From Myxococcota bacterium (GTDB lineage Bacteria > Myxococcota > UBA4151), in NCBI GenBank assembly GCA_036338695.1, contig JAYZBQ010000004.1:15713-79712 (forward strand): a DNA stretch of 64,000 nt. Reading direction: 5' to 3'. Positions 26,119-35,879 of this stretch are shown here, in pieces; within the stretch, counting starts at the first letter, position 1, and every line of letters begins with the position of its first letter. A program made the translations under genes and the position numbers. The notes under the pieces are model-generated. The model saw only the letters and a program-made list of their open reading frames with translations, had not been told where the DNA came from and made no database searches.

Positions 26119-26982
26119 ATGGAACGTCTGACGCCCGCACAGCGGCTGCGGCTGGCTGGTCTCCGAGCGAAGAAAGCTTGGGGGCAAAACTTCCTCCACG
26201 ACGCAACGATCTCGCAAGCGATCGCTGAGGCGGCCGTGGCGGGGACACCTGAGTCGATGCCTATCCTTGAGATCGGCGCAGGGCTCGGTGATCTCACGGA
26301 GCGCCTGCTGGCGACCGGACGTCGGGTCGTGGCGATTGAGCGCGACCGCGACTTGGTCCCCATCCTGCGTGCGCGGTTCCTCGGCGAGGCGCTCGAGGTG
26401 ATCGAGGGCAACGCGCTCACGCACACGCTCGATGAGCAGGACTGGGTGGTCGTGGGCAACTTGCCTTACCACATCTCCTCGCGGCTGATCTTCCAGTACC
26501 TACCGCAGCGGGCTCGCTGGCGACAGATGACCATCATGCTCCAGAAAGAGCTGGCCGAGCGCGCCGCAGCGCCTGAGCCGGGCGCGCCCGGGTGGTCGAG
26601 CTTCTCGGCGCAGATCGCGCGCGTCTGCGAGGTCTCGTGGGTGCTCGATGTGCCCCCCGGCGCCTTTACACCGCCACCAAAGGTGCGCTCAGCGGTGATC
26701 CAGCTGCAGCCGAAAACGGAGGTGATGGAGGTCGATGAGGGGGCGTACGAGCGCTGCCTGCGCGCAGTCTTTGGGACGCGCCGAAAAACGCTGAGAAACA
26801 ACCTTAAGACCTGGTTTCGGGAGGACCCGGAGGAGTTGGATCGGTGCCTTGAGCGCCTGGCGATCGACCCTATGCGGCGCGGTGAGACCTTGACCCTCCA
26901 CGAGTTGGTCCGGTTAGCCGAGGCGCTCAGCGATCGGCGCCCTGTGACGAAACGCCGTGAGCGAGGACGTCCCGGCCAGTAA
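26119..26982 (+). CDS. rsmA: 16S rRNA m6,2A dimethyltransferase KsgA
   Basis: KKAWGQNFL, LEIGAGLG, VGNLPYHISS, F.PPPKV.S, RRKTLRN. Confidence 0.95.
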   Translation: MERLTPAQRLRLAGLRAKKAWGQNFLHDATISQAIAEAAVAGTPESMPILEIGAGLGDLTERLLATGRRVVAIERDRDLVPILRARFLGEALEVIEGNALTHTLDEQDWVVVGNLPYHISSRLIFQYLPQRARWRQMTIMLQKELAERAAAPEPGAPGWSSFSAQIARVCEVSWVLDVPPGAFTPPPKVRSAVIQLQPKTEVMEVDEGAYERCLRAVFGTRRKTLRNNLKTWFREDPEELDRCLERLAIDPMRRGETLTLHELVRLAEALSDRRPVTKRRERGRPGQ

Positions 26983-27186
26983 GCGAGGCGTCCTTACGCT
27001 GCCGTGAGAAGGCCTACAGAGGCAGGGCAGTTGAGCAGCGCATCGAGTGGTCGAGGGGCCAGGTTGGTCGCGCTTGAGGCGAGGGAATACCCTTGCCGGC
27101 CGTTGCGCCGCGTGATGAACATTCGGCGTCGTCCGGTCGTCTGAGATGTGCGCCGCGCGTTGGCGGCTCGTAACTAGGAGAACAGG

Positions 27187-27744
27187 ATGAGACAGAGCGT
27201 AGGGACGATGCTGGCGCTGTTGCTGACGGCAGGGTGTGCGGTGATCGGTACGGATGAGGGCAACCGCGACGGGACCTGCGGCGAGCACAGCAGCTGCCCG
27301 AGCGATCAAGCGTGCGGCGCCGGGCAGTGCGTTGACCTGCTCAACCGCACCTACCTCGTGACCCAGGTTGACGTTGAGCTGTGTTCAGAGGATCTCGACG
27401 GCGTACCATTTGATTCCGGAGACGGCTCGGCGCCGGATCCCCAGGTCGAGCTGCGCTTTGGTGGTCAGACCGTCTACACCAGCGGGGTCCAGTCTAACGC
27501 GCTCGAGGCGACCTTCTCGGTGACCGACACCGAGGTCGTGATTCAGGACTTCTCGGACACCTTTGTGGTGGAGGTGCGCGACGACGACGGCGACACGTCG
27601 CAGCTGATGGACACGCTGTCGGTGGACGTCAGCTACCCGGGGCTGCGCGTCGGTGAGGTCGTGGTCGTCAACGAGGCGGACTGCTCGGAGAGCCCCGTGA
27701 CCCGCGTCGGCGTCTTACTTCAGGCGCAGGATGGAGCCTGGTAG
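27187..27744 (+). CDS. Lipoprotein with a small Cys-rich module and a C2-like domain
   Basis: Lipobox LTAGC; C....SCPSDQAC....C; PDPQVEL..YTS.V..N....F...VEVRDDD....LM pattern. Confidence 0.55.
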   Translation: MRQSVGTMLALLLTAGCAVIGTDEGNRDGTCGEHSSCPSDQACGAGQCVDLLNRTYLVTQVDVELCSEDLDGVPFDSGDGSAPDPQVELRFGGQTVYTSGVQSNALEATFSVTDTEVVIQDFSDTFVVEVRDDDGDTSQLMDTLSVDVSYPGLRVGEVVVVNEADCSESPVTRVGVLLQAQDGAW

Positions 27745-27746
27745 GG

Positions 27747-28403
27747 ATGCGTTACATCGGCTTTGAGGGCCCCATCGGGGCGGGTAAGACCACCCTTGTG
27801 CGGGCGCTGGAGCAGCGCCTCAACGGCAAAGTGATCCTCGAGCAAGCCGACGAGAACCCCTTCCTTGAACGGTTCTATCAAGACAAAGAGCGCTACGCCT
27901 TTCAAGCGCAGATCTTCTTCCTGCTGTCGCGTTATCAGCAGCAGCGACAGATTCTCCAAGGGGACCTCTTTCACGAGTACTTCTTGGGCGATTATGTGTT
28001 CTCGCGCGACACGATCTTCGCACGCATGACGCTGAGCGAGGATGAGCTCGGGTTGTACTCGACGATCTACAACGCCCTCGTCGAGCAGATCCCTCAACCG
28101 GATCTGGTGGTTTACTTGCGCGCCAAGCCCGAGACGCTGATGGAGCGGGTGCGGATGCGCGGTAAGGACTACGAGGCGGCGATGACGCTCGATTACTTGC
28201 GCGAGTTGTGTGGCATTTACGAAGAGTTCTTTCGCCATTACGATGACACACCGCTGCTCATCCTCGACACCGATGAGTTCAATTACCGAAGCGACCCGGA
28301 CGAGCTGAGCCGGGTCTGTGATTTAGTTATGGAGACGCTCAATCGTCACATCAGCGCCCGAGAGATGGCGAGCATGACCCCAAGCGAAGTCCCGACGTCG
28401 TAG
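27747..28403 (+). CDS. Deoxynucleoside kinase
   Basis: IGFEGPIGAGKTTL, NPFLERFY, AFQAQIFFLLSRY, PDLVVYLRA. Confidence 0.93.
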   Translation: MRYIGFEGPIGAGKTTLVRALEQRLNGKVILEQADENPFLERFYQDKERYAFQAQIFFLLSRYQQQRQILQGDLFHEYFLGDYVFSRDTIFARMTLSEDELGLYSTIYNALVEQIPQPDLVVYLRAKPETLMERVRMRGKDYEAAMTLDYLRELCGIYEEFFRHYDDTPLLILDTDEFNYRSDPDELSRVCDLVMETLNRHISAREMASMTPSEVPTS

Positions 28404-28406
28404 TCG

Positions 28407-28469
28407 CAAGCTTTGACCTCATCGTGAGGCGGAGACTTGAACAAGCGATCGGTGACGACGGTGGTTGCT
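28407..28469 (+). promoter_or_regulatory. Candidate structured leader upstream of panB (pan-motif-like)
   Basis: CAAG-CUUUG-a-CCUCA-ucg-UGAGG-CGGAG-a-CUUG (14 bp, two bulged A), then a second stem AGCGAUC/GGUUGCU. Confidence 0.35.
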
Positions 28470-28496
28470 CGAGCTGAACAGAGGAGGAGGTGAACC

Positions 28497-29351
28497 GTGA
28501 AGAAGGTCACCATCGTCAACCTCGCCGAAGCGAAGGTTCACCAACAACCCATCACCATGGTCACGGCGTATGACGCCACCATGGCGAGAATTATTGAAGA
28601 CGCTGGCGTCGAGACGATCCTCGTGGGCGACTCGCTCGGGATGGTCATCGGCGGCTTAGAGAACACCCTCGAGGTCACGCTTGAGGAGGTCGCTTACCAC
28701 TGTCGCGCAGTCCGCCGGGGCGCGCCCAACCCCTTCTTGGTCGCTGATATGCCCTTTATGAGCTATCAGGCGAGCCCCGAAGAGGCGGTCCGAAACGCGG
28801 GCTATCTGGTGCGCCAAGGACGAGCCGAGGCGGTTAAACTTGAGGGCGGGCGGAGCATCGTTGCGCAGGTGCGGGCGATCGTCGACGCGGGCATCCCGGT
28901 CGTCGGGCATGTCGGTCTCACGCCGCAGAGTGTTCACGCGATGGGTGGCTTTAAGGTTCAGGGGCGTCACCAGGCCGCGGCGCAGCGCGTGCTCGAGGAT
29001 GCACGCGCCGTCGTTGAAGCCGGGGCTTGCATGGTCGTTCTGGAGGGGATCCCCAAAGAACTGGCGGAGCAGATCACCAGCAGCTTGCCGGTCCCGACCA
29101 TCGGGATCGGCGCGGGCGTCGGCTGCGACGGGCAAGTCTTGGTCTGCACCGACCTGCTGGGCATGAACCCATCGTTTCGACCCAAATTCGTGCGCCCCTT
29201 TATGGACGGTTACGCGCAGATGCGCGGCGCTTTTGAGGGGTACGTTCGAGCGGTCAAAGAGCGCAGCTTTCCAAGCGCAGAGGAGAGCTTCTCATCGCCT
29301 GCCGCGGGAGGGCGTCAAGCCGTGGGTGACAAGGTCACGCGGCTCTATTGA
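28497..29351 (+). CDS. panB: 3-methyl-2-oxobutanoate hydroxymethyltransferase
   Basis: MVTAYD, ILVGDSLGM, ADMPFMSY, VKLEGG, GHVGLTPQS, TIGIGAG..CDGQVLV; strong SD GGAGGAGG. Confidence 0.97.
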   Translation: MKKVTIVNLAEAKVHQQPITMVTAYDATMARIIEDAGVETILVGDSLGMVIGGLENTLEVTLEEVAYHCRAVRRGAPNPFLVADMPFMSYQASPEEAVRNAGYLVRQGRAEAVKLEGGRSIVAQVRAIVDAGIPVVGHVGLTPQSVHAMGGFKVQGRHQAAAQRVLEDARAVVEAGACMVVLEGIPKELAEQITSSLPVPTIGIGAGVGCDGQVLVCTDLLGMNPSFRPKFVRPFMDGYAQMRGAFEGYVRAVKERSFPSAEESFSSPAAGGRQAVGDKVTRLY

Positions 29352-29375
29352 GCGGCGCACAAGGACTAGAGGCTC

Positions 29376-29855
29376 ATGGGCAAGGGTAAAGGGCAGCCGG
29401 ATCGCACGTCATCGCCGAGCATCGTCAACCGGCGGGCGCGCCGCGACTACGAGGTCTTGGAGGAGCTAGAGGCAGGCTTGGTGCTGATGGGCTCAGAGGT
29501 GAAGAGCATCCGCGCCGGGCGCTGCTCGATCGCCGAGGCCTACTGCGCCCTCGTGAGCAACGAGGTCTTCTTGATCGGGTGCCGGATCGAGCCCTGGCCT
29601 GGCGCCTCTCACTTTGGCCACGAGCCTGATCGCAGCCGCAAGCTGCTGCTGAGCAAGCGTGAGATCGATCGCTTGAGTAAAGCGGTTCACGCCAAGGGGC
29701 GCACCATCGTGCCGCTGCGCATGTACTTCAACGCACGCGGGCTGGTGAAGCTCAAGATGGGCGTGGGGCGCGGTAAGTCCGACTATGACAAGAGGCAGGA
29801 CATCAAAAAGCGGGACATGGATCGGGACATCGCCCGGGTCATGCGTCGCGGCTAG
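29376..29855 (+). CDS. smpB: SsrA-binding protein
   Basis: NRRARRDY, EAGLVL.GSEVKSIR, RKLLL.KREI, GK..YDKR. Confidence 0.97.
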   Translation: MGKGKGQPDRTSSPSIVNRRARRDYEVLEELEAGLVLMGSEVKSIRAGRCSIAEAYCALVSNEVFLIGCRIEPWPGASHFGHEPDRSRKLLLSKREIDRLSKAVHAKGRTIVPLRMYFNARGLVKLKMGVGRGKSDYDKRQDIKKRDMDRDIARVMRRG

Positions 29856-29936
29856 GCACCCCTTCCAAAAAGTCGACATTCTGCTGGCGCCGGCGGGCTC
29901 CGAGCGCGTAAAGCCCGCCCTGTGAGGGAGAGCGTG

Positions 29937-31736
29937 ATGAGCACATTGCTGGAGCAGGGTCGGAGTCACACCTGCGGTGAGCTGCGGTCCGAACATCTCG
30001 GTGCTGAGGTCGTGTTGATGGGCTGGGTTGGTGCCTGGCGAGACCTCGGTGGGCGCCGCTTTATTGACCTGCGCGATCGCTACGGTTTGACGCAGGTCAC
30101 CTTCGGCGAAGAGCTCGATGCCGAGCTCTCAGCGCGCGGTAAAGCGCTGCGCAGCGAGTGGGTGATCGCCGTTCGAGGCGTGGTCGAGGACCGGGTGGCG
30201 AACGGCGGCTCGGTGAACGCGCAGCTCGAGACGGGCGCTGTCGAGGTGCGAGTCACCGAGTTAGAGGTCTTGAGTGAGTCGGAGACGCCCCCTTTCTTGA
30301 TCGCTGACGAGGTCGACGCGCGTGAAGAGCTCCGGCTCAAGTATCGCTACCTCGACCTTCGGCGGAAGCCCTTGCAAGAGCACTTGGTCGCTCGCCATCG
30401 CTTTAATCAGGCGGTTCGGACCTACCTCGACAGCCACGGTTTTTTGGAGCTTGAGACCCCTTTCCTTGTGCGCTCGACCCCCGAAGGAGCGCGTGACTAC
30501 GTGGTCCCGAGTCGCGTCCACGCGGGGACCTTCTTTGCGCTCCCGCAGAGCCCACAGATCTTCAAGCAGCTCTTCATGGTCGGAGGGTACGATAAGTACT
30601 TTCAGATCACGCGCTGCTTTCGCGACGAGGACCTCCGGGCGGACCGTCAGCCCGAGTTCACTCAGGTCGACATGGAGATGAGCTTCCCGACCGAAGATCG
30701 GATCATGAACTTTGTCGAGGGGTTGATTCGGCACGTGTTTCGCGCCGTGATTGACGTCGAGCTCGACGAGACGCTGGAGCGGTTGACCTACGCCGAGGCG
30801 ATGCGGCGCTTTGGGAAAGACGCGCCGGATCTTCGCTTTGGGATGGAGCTCGCTGAGCTCAACGACTTGGTGGCTGAGTCGGGCTTTAGTGTGTTTCGCT
30901 CGACGGTGGAGTCGGGTGGTCTGGTCAAGGCGCTGGCGCTGCCGGGCGGCGCCGAGCGTTCACGAAAGCAGATCGAGTCGCTGCAAGACGTCACCAAGCC
31001 TTACGGCGCTAAGGGGTTGGCGTGGGCGAAGGTCAACGCGCAGGGCTGGCAAGGTGGGATCTCCAAGTTTTTCGACCCGTCCGAGCAGGCGGCGATCACC
31101 GAGCGCGCCGGCGCTCAAGAGGGCGACCTGCTCTTGTTCGTGGCGGACCGAGAGCAGGTCACCAACGCGGCGCTCGGGAATCTGCGGTTGCACTTGGGCG
31201 ATGAGCTCGGCTTACGCCCCAAAGGGACGTTCAAGGCGCTCTGGATCACGGATTTTCCGATGTTTGATGAGGTGGAACTCGACGACGGCACGACGCGCTG
31301 GGTGGCGTGTCATCACCCGTTCACAGCGCCTCAAGCTGACTACGCGGTCAGCATGGAGACGGACCCCGGTCAGGCGCTCGCCCAAGCGTATGACCTGGTC
31401 ATCAACGGTCATGAGATGGGCGGCGGGTCGATCCGTATCCATCAGCGCGAGGTCCAAGAGCGGATGTTCCGGGTCCTCGGGATGCCCGAGGAAGAGCAGC
31501 GTGAAAAGTTCGGCTTCTTACTCGACGCCTTCCGCTTTGGTCCTCCGCCACACGGCGGCCTCGCCCTTGGGGTGGATCGCTTGGTGATGGAAATGGTCGG
31601 CGCCTCGAGCTTACGCGACGTGATCGCGTTCCCGAAGACCAACCGCGCCCAAGACGTGATGCTCGATGCCCCCGGCCGGATCGACGCAGAGCAGTTTGAG
31701 GAGCTCCACATCCGCCCGGTCGTCAAGGACGGCTAA
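29937..31736 (+). CDS. aspS: Aspartate--tRNA ligase
   Basis: RSHTCGELR, RLKYRYLDLR, STPEGARDY, LPQSPQ.FKQL, CFRDEDLRADRQPEFTQ, PPHGG.A.G.DR, VIAFPK. Confidence 0.98.
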   Translation: MSTLLEQGRSHTCGELRSEHLGAEVVLMGWVGAWRDLGGRRFIDLRDRYGLTQVTFGEELDAELSARGKALRSEWVIAVRGVVEDRVANGGSVNAQLETGAVEVRVTELEVLSESETPPFLIADEVDAREELRLKYRYLDLRRKPLQEHLVARHRFNQAVRTYLDSHGFLELETPFLVRSTPEGARDYVVPSRVHAGTFFALPQSPQIFKQLFMVGGYDKYFQITRCFRDEDLRADRQPEFTQVDMEMSFPTEDRIMNFVEGLIRHVFRAVIDVELDETLERLTYAEAMRRFGKDAPDLRFGMELAELNDLVAESGFSVFRSTVESGGLVKALALPGGAERSRKQIESLQDVTKPYGAKGLAWAKVNAQGWQGGISKFFDPSEQAAITERAGAQEGDLLLFVADREQVTNAALGNLRLHLGDELGLRPKGTFKALWITDFPMFDEVELDDGTTRWVACHHPFTAPQADYAVSMETDPGQALAQAYDLVINGHEMGGGSIRIHQREVQERMFRVLGMPEEEQREKFGFLLDAFRFGPPPHGGLALGVDRLVMEMVGASSLRDVIAFPKTNRAQDVMLDAPGRIDAEQFEELHIRPVVKDG

Positions 31737-32458
31737 GGCTGCTCGAGCGCCTTGAGCGCCTCAGAGCTGAGCGGTAACAGCTTGCCGGTGACCTTGCCGT
31801 CGATCAGCACCGCCATCCGGTGATCGCCTCCTTGGTGCAGGTAGATCCACTTCTCGACAGGCGGGGTGGCGCGCACGTCTCGAAAGACCCGGTCAGGCGG
31901 GCACAGCGCCAGCTTAGCGGCGCCTGCGTCCATCTCGCTGACGAGTCGTCCTTGGGTGACCGCCGAGCGCGTCGCAGGGTTCAAGCCCGCAAGCCCCTTC
32001 GGCGGCTCATGTCCAAAGCGCTGATCCAGCCAGCTCAAAACCGCCTCGGCGTCGCCCAAGTGCTCAGGGATGACGAGGACTGCGCGGCTGCTGCCGCTGA
32101 GCAGGTGAAGCCAGGCGAGGTGTCGAGGGCTGCGCAGCGGGCGCATAACCCGCTCAAAGCGTGTCGGGAAGCTGATGCGGTCGATACGCCAGATCGAGCC
32201 TGGGTGGACGCGGTTGAGCTTGGCCTCCAAGGGCAGCGGCTCGCCCCGAGCGTTGAGCGCGAGGAAGCGGGCGCCCACGCGATGCGCGCTCACCAAATCG
32301 CGGGTCGGGTCGTCGAAAAAGGCGGATCGGTGCAGCGCGCACTGCGCATAGACCTTATGCCCGAGCAATTTGCCCTCGAGCTGGACCTGGAGGTCGGGCT
32401 TTGTCCCTTCGAGGGTAGCGCAGGAGGCGAAGACGAGGGATAAGGCGAGGGCTCTCAT
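31733..32458 (-). CDS. Hypothetical lipoprotein with a C-terminal SmpA/BamE-like segment
   Basis: Lipobox FASC; AV..GRLV.EM....AKLAL.PPDRV....EKWIY pattern. Confidence 0.6.
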   Translation of the reverse strand: MRALALSLVFASCATLEGTKPDLQVQLEGKLLGHKVYAQCALHRSAFFDDPTRDLVSAHRVGARFLALNARGEPLPLEAKLNRVHPGSIWRIDRISFPTRFERVMRPLRSPRHLAWLHLLSGSSRAVLVIPEHLGDAEAVLSWLDQRFGHEPPKGLAGLNPATRSAVTQGRLVSEMDAGAAKLALCPPDRVFRDVRATPPVEKWIYLHQGGDHRMAVLIDGKVTGKLLPLSSEALKALEQP

Positions 32459-32510
32459 AGCGCACTGGTAGGCCGGAGCCGTGAGGACAGCAAGCCCTGA
32501 AAGGACGTTG

Positions 32511-33239
32511 ATGAGCGTGTTCTTTGAGAAGTGGGAGGGCTTGGGCAATCACTTTGTCGTGCTCGAGTCGTTGCCTGAGGACACCACCGTTCAAGAGCTT
32601 TGCGACGCACGGCGAGGGGTCGGCGCCGACGGCGTCCTGCTCTTGGATCGCTCGCCGCCGAGCATGACGATTTTCAACGCAGACGGTTCGCGTGCCGCCA
32701 TGTGCGGGAACGGGCTACGCTGCGCGGCGCGCTGGTTCGCCGCGCGAGGCGTGGGGTTAGATGGTGGGATCGCCACCGACAGCGGGACCTTGCGCGTGGG
32801 CGAGGTCGGCGAAGGCGTGGCGGTGGAGGTCGGCCGGGCGAAGCGGGTAGGAGCAGGTCAGTTTATGGGGTTTCGCTATGTCTCGGTCGACATCGGCAAC
32901 CCGCATGCCGTCTTTCTCGACCCCGCTGCGTCTTTTGATCTCGAGTCGGTTGGAGCGGCGATGCAAACGCACCCAGACTTCCCCGATGGAGTGAATGTCC
33001 ACGAGGTGCGTTCGGGCGCTTCGGCGCTGATCGTCGTACCGTTTGAGCGCGGGGTGGGCTTGACCCAAGCGTGCGGGACCGGGGCAGCAGCGAGCGCTTA
33101 TGCCGCGCATCAGGAGCTCGGGCGCCCCTGGCCGATGATGACCGAGCTGCCCGGTGGTTTGCTCTCGTTCGACCCTGGCGACGACGGCGTGCTGTGGATG
33201 CGCGGCCCCGCTCGAAAGGTCTTTACGGGGACGTGGTGA
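32511..33239 (+). CDS. dapF: Diaminopimelate epimerase
   Basis: F.K..GLGN.F, GVGADG, FNADGS.A.MCGNG.RC, GNPHAV, ERGVGLTQACGTGA. Confidence 0.95.
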   Translation: MSVFFEKWEGLGNHFVVLESLPEDTTVQELCDARRGVGADGVLLLDRSPPSMTIFNADGSRAAMCGNGLRCAARWFAARGVGLDGGIATDSGTLRVGEVGEGVAVEVGRAKRVGAGQFMGFRYVSVDIGNPHAVFLDPAASFDLESVGAAMQTHPDFPDGVNVHEVRSGASALIVVPFERGVGLTQACGTGAAASAYAAHQELGRPWPMMTELPGGLLSFDPGDDGVLWMRGPARKVFTGTW

Positions 33240-33930
33240 CGCTCGGCGCTGCTTTCAAGCCGAGCTTCTCGAGTAGCTTCTTGTTGTAGGCGCGCGCCCA
33301 CCGCTTCCGCTCCTTCTTTGCCATGGCTCGGGCTTTGCCGAGCGGGCGCGCCGCAGCCCCTGTTTGGTTGACCCCATAGACCGCCAGCCCTCCACCTGCG
33401 AGCGCGCCCACAAGCAAGCCGTAGATCGGCCGCATCATGTTGGAGCTGTTGCAGCTGTCGTATGCGGCGCGCGCATCGTCGCTGATGCTCGGCCGCCGGC
33501 CGCAGTCGGTGTCCGGTAGGATATAGGCTGTCAGGGGTCCAGCGAGCAGCGCCGCCCCGGCGTAGCGGAACCAGCGAGACGCCTGCTGCACGGCTTGGTA
33601 GTGTTTGGTCGGGTTCTCAACATCCTCAGCGATCCCAGCGCGCTGAAGCTCGGGGAGGTAATCCCTCAATGCGTAGTAGCTCCCGTCTTGAGCAAGCAGC
33701 GAGTGGTCACTGTATCGTCTGGTGCTCGAGGACAAACGTCCGCGCATCACGACGGTGGTGGTTTTGGATGCGAGGCTAAAGGCGTGCTGCTCGAACTGCT
33801 CTCGACGCGCCTCAAGGTCACCGGCGGGCTTGAGCTCCGCCATGGAGCGCGGCGGGTTCGGTGTGTGTTTGATAGGTACGCCTGCGCACGCGGTGGTGAG
33901 CAATGTGAGTCCAAAGATGGCGTATCTCAT
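33223..33930 (-). CDS. Hypothetical lipoprotein with two C-terminal hydrophobic segments
   Basis: Lipobox TTAC; hydrophobic stretches flanking a Cys-pair loop. Confidence 0.6.
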   Translation of the reverse strand: MRYAIFGLTLLTTACAGVPIKHTPNPPRSMAELKPAGDLEARREQFEQHAFSLASKTTTVVMRGRLSSSTRRYSDHSLLAQDGSYYALRDYLPELQRAGIAEDVENPTKHYQAVQQASRWFRYAGAALLAGPLTAYILPDTDCGRRPSISDDARAAYDSCNSSNMMRPIYGLLVGALAGGGLAVYGVNQTGAAARPLGKARAMAKKERKRWARAYNKKLLEKLGLKAAPSVTTSP

Positions 33931-33958
33931 GGGCACCCCCCCAGCGATTTAGCGCTGG

Positions 33959-35821
33959 TCATCTGGATGATTTGGGATCCGTTGGCAAGATGGCGCAGCA
34001 GCGCGTGCCGCCCTCAGGCCGCCGCGTCACCTCCAGCCGTCCGCCTTGATCCGCCAGCACCTCCATCGCAAGAGCCAAACCCAAACCGGTTCCGGTCGGC
34101 CTGCCGTCGATGAACGCTTGCCCTAAGCGCTCAAGCACGGTCTCGGAGATCCCTGGTCCGTTGTCGTCGATCAAGAGGGTGACGGCGTCTTGCGCGACCT
34201 CAGCGTGAAGGTGGACCGAGCCGCTGCGCTCATCGACCGCCTGCAAGGCATTCTGGACCAGGTTGATGAGGACGCCACGCAGCCCGTCTGGGTCGATCCA
34301 AGCCGACAGGTCGTCATCGACCGCAAAGCTGAGGCGGTCATCGTTCAAGAAGCGAATCAGATCCCCGACGAGCGGAGCGAGCAGCGTGTCTTGGGGCTTG
34401 GGGTCAGGCAGGCGCGCCATCTGCAGATAGGCTTGCGTCACACGCTCAAGGCGCGCCGCCTCGGAGCGGATCTGATCGAGCCAGCCTTCCGGGTCGGATT
34501 GCTCAGGGAGATCGTCGCTGAGCATGCGCGCCGCCAAACCGATCGTGGACAACGGGTTGCGGACTTCGTGGACGACCTGGGCGGCGAGACGACCGGTCGC
34601 CGCAAGCCGCTCGTGGCGACGCAGCGCCAGCTCCGCATCAAAGCGTCGTGTCACCTCTTCGATCACGAGGATGGCGCCTCGGATCGGGGGAGCCAGCCGG
34701 CTGCTGTCGCGGTCTTGCAAGCTGCTCAGGTGCACCGCCACGCGGCGCGCCTCGCCAAAACTGAGCTCGTTGGCATAGGTCCTGTCGGCGATCGAGAGCA
34801 CCTCACCGAGCGCCCCTGGGTCGTCGATGAGCGGCGCCGCCGGGGTTTGGCTGAGCGCTTTGCCAAGGAAGGCGTCCGGGTTGGCGGCGAAGAGTCGGCG
34901 GCAGCTTTGGTTGATGCGCGTGACGCGCCCTTGGGGGTCGAGCACGACGAGCGCCTGTGGCACGCTCTCGATCAAGTTGACGATCTCGCTCTGCGCCTGC
35001 CGGAGGCGGCTGCGCTCGTCTTTGAGCGACTGCTCTCTGCCTTGGACCGTCTCCGCCATACGCTGGACGGCGCGCAGCGTGGCGCCGACCTCGTCGTTAC
35101 CCGCTTGAAGCTGGGGAACGGGCTGTCCCGCCTCGACACGCGCCACCGCTGATCGGAGGTGTTCGAGGCTGCGCAGCGGCGCAATTAAGGTCAGCGTTAA
35201 GATGAGCACGCCGATGGCGCCTAAGGCAGCTAAACCGATGAGCCACTGGACCTCGCGAGCGCCCGAGAGCGCCGCCTCGCGTGAGCGGGTTTTGATCTCG
35301 GCGCGCGCCAGCACGAGCACCAGCCGGAGCTCACGGTCGATGTCGACGAGCGCTTCGACAAAGTTTGAGCGTTCCGTCAGCGTGCTCAGGTCGTTCAGAC
35401 GTTTGAGCGACAGGTCGAGGTGCCGGCGAGGGACAGATTGCCGGATATCGGGGCGGTTTTTGGCGAGGTCGCTCAGCGCGATCAGGGCGCGCCGTCTCGC
35501 CTCAAAGCTGCCGCGAAAGGTCTCGATCTCGTCGCTGAGGTCGCGCTCGGGATCGACCTGGTCGATGTAGGTGCGTGTCCCCGCAATGAGCGAGCGCAAT
35601 TCACCGATCTCAGCCACCAGCGGGAGCAGCACGGCGCCGTTGACCTCGAGCGCTGTGGTCGTGTTGTGGATGCGAAACGCGGCGATACCCGTTACAGTAC
35701 CGGTGACCAAAATGAGGAGCGCGTAGGCGAGGACGAGTCGTCGAAGGATGCTGAACGATCGGCTGTTTGTCGGTCTATGTGCCAATTGACCTGCCCTAGA
35801 CTGCGTGATAGCGGCTCGCAC
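33959..35821 (-). CDS. Membrane sensor histidine kinase (TM-HAMP-PAS-HisKA-HATPase)
   Basis: Two TM segments, DEVG (HAMP), PAS-like LVVLD.QGRV..IN, H-box HEVRNPL, NLVQNA, DNGPGI, GTGLGL; start uncertain. Confidence 0.92.
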   Translation of the reverse strand: MRAAITQSRAGQLAHRPTNSRSFSILRRLVLAYALLILVTGTVTGIAAFRIHNTTTALEVNGAVLLPLVAEIGELRSLIAGTRTYIDQVDPERDLSDEIETFRGSFEARRRALIALSDLAKNRPDIRQSVPRRHLDLSLKRLNDLSTLTERSNFVEALVDIDRELRLVLVLARAEIKTRSREAALSGAREVQWLIGLAALGAIGVLILTLTLIAPLRSLEHLRSAVARVEAGQPVPQLQAGNDEVGATLRAVQRMAETVQGREQSLKDERSRLRQAQSEIVNLIESVPQALVVLDPQGRVTRINQSCRRLFAANPDAFLGKALSQTPAAPLIDDPGALGEVLSIADRTYANELSFGEARRVAVHLSSLQDRDSSRLAPPIRGAILVIEEVTRRFDAELALRRHERLAATGRLAAQVVHEVRNPLSTIGLAARMLSDDLPEQSDPEGWLDQIRSEAARLERVTQAYLQMARLPDPKPQDTLLAPLVGDLIRFLNDDRLSFAVDDDLSAWIDPDGLRGVLINLVQNALQAVDERSGSVHLHAEVAQDAVTLLIDDNGPGISETVLERLGQAFIDGRPTGTGLGLALAMEVLADQGGRLEVTRRPEGGTRCCAILPTDPKSSR

Positions 35822-35879
35822 CCTTGAGCCGTATACCCATTCCCCACCCTCGGGGAAAGGTCACTTGAACGGAGCTTTT

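Noticed and set aside
26983..27186. 200-nt intergenic region after rsmA as a possible ncRNA
   Set aside because: No recognisable RNA family signature or convincing extended structure; probably a promoter region.
29856..29936. Possible tmRNA next to smpB
   Set aside because: The gap is about 80 nt, far too short, and has no tRNA-like ends.
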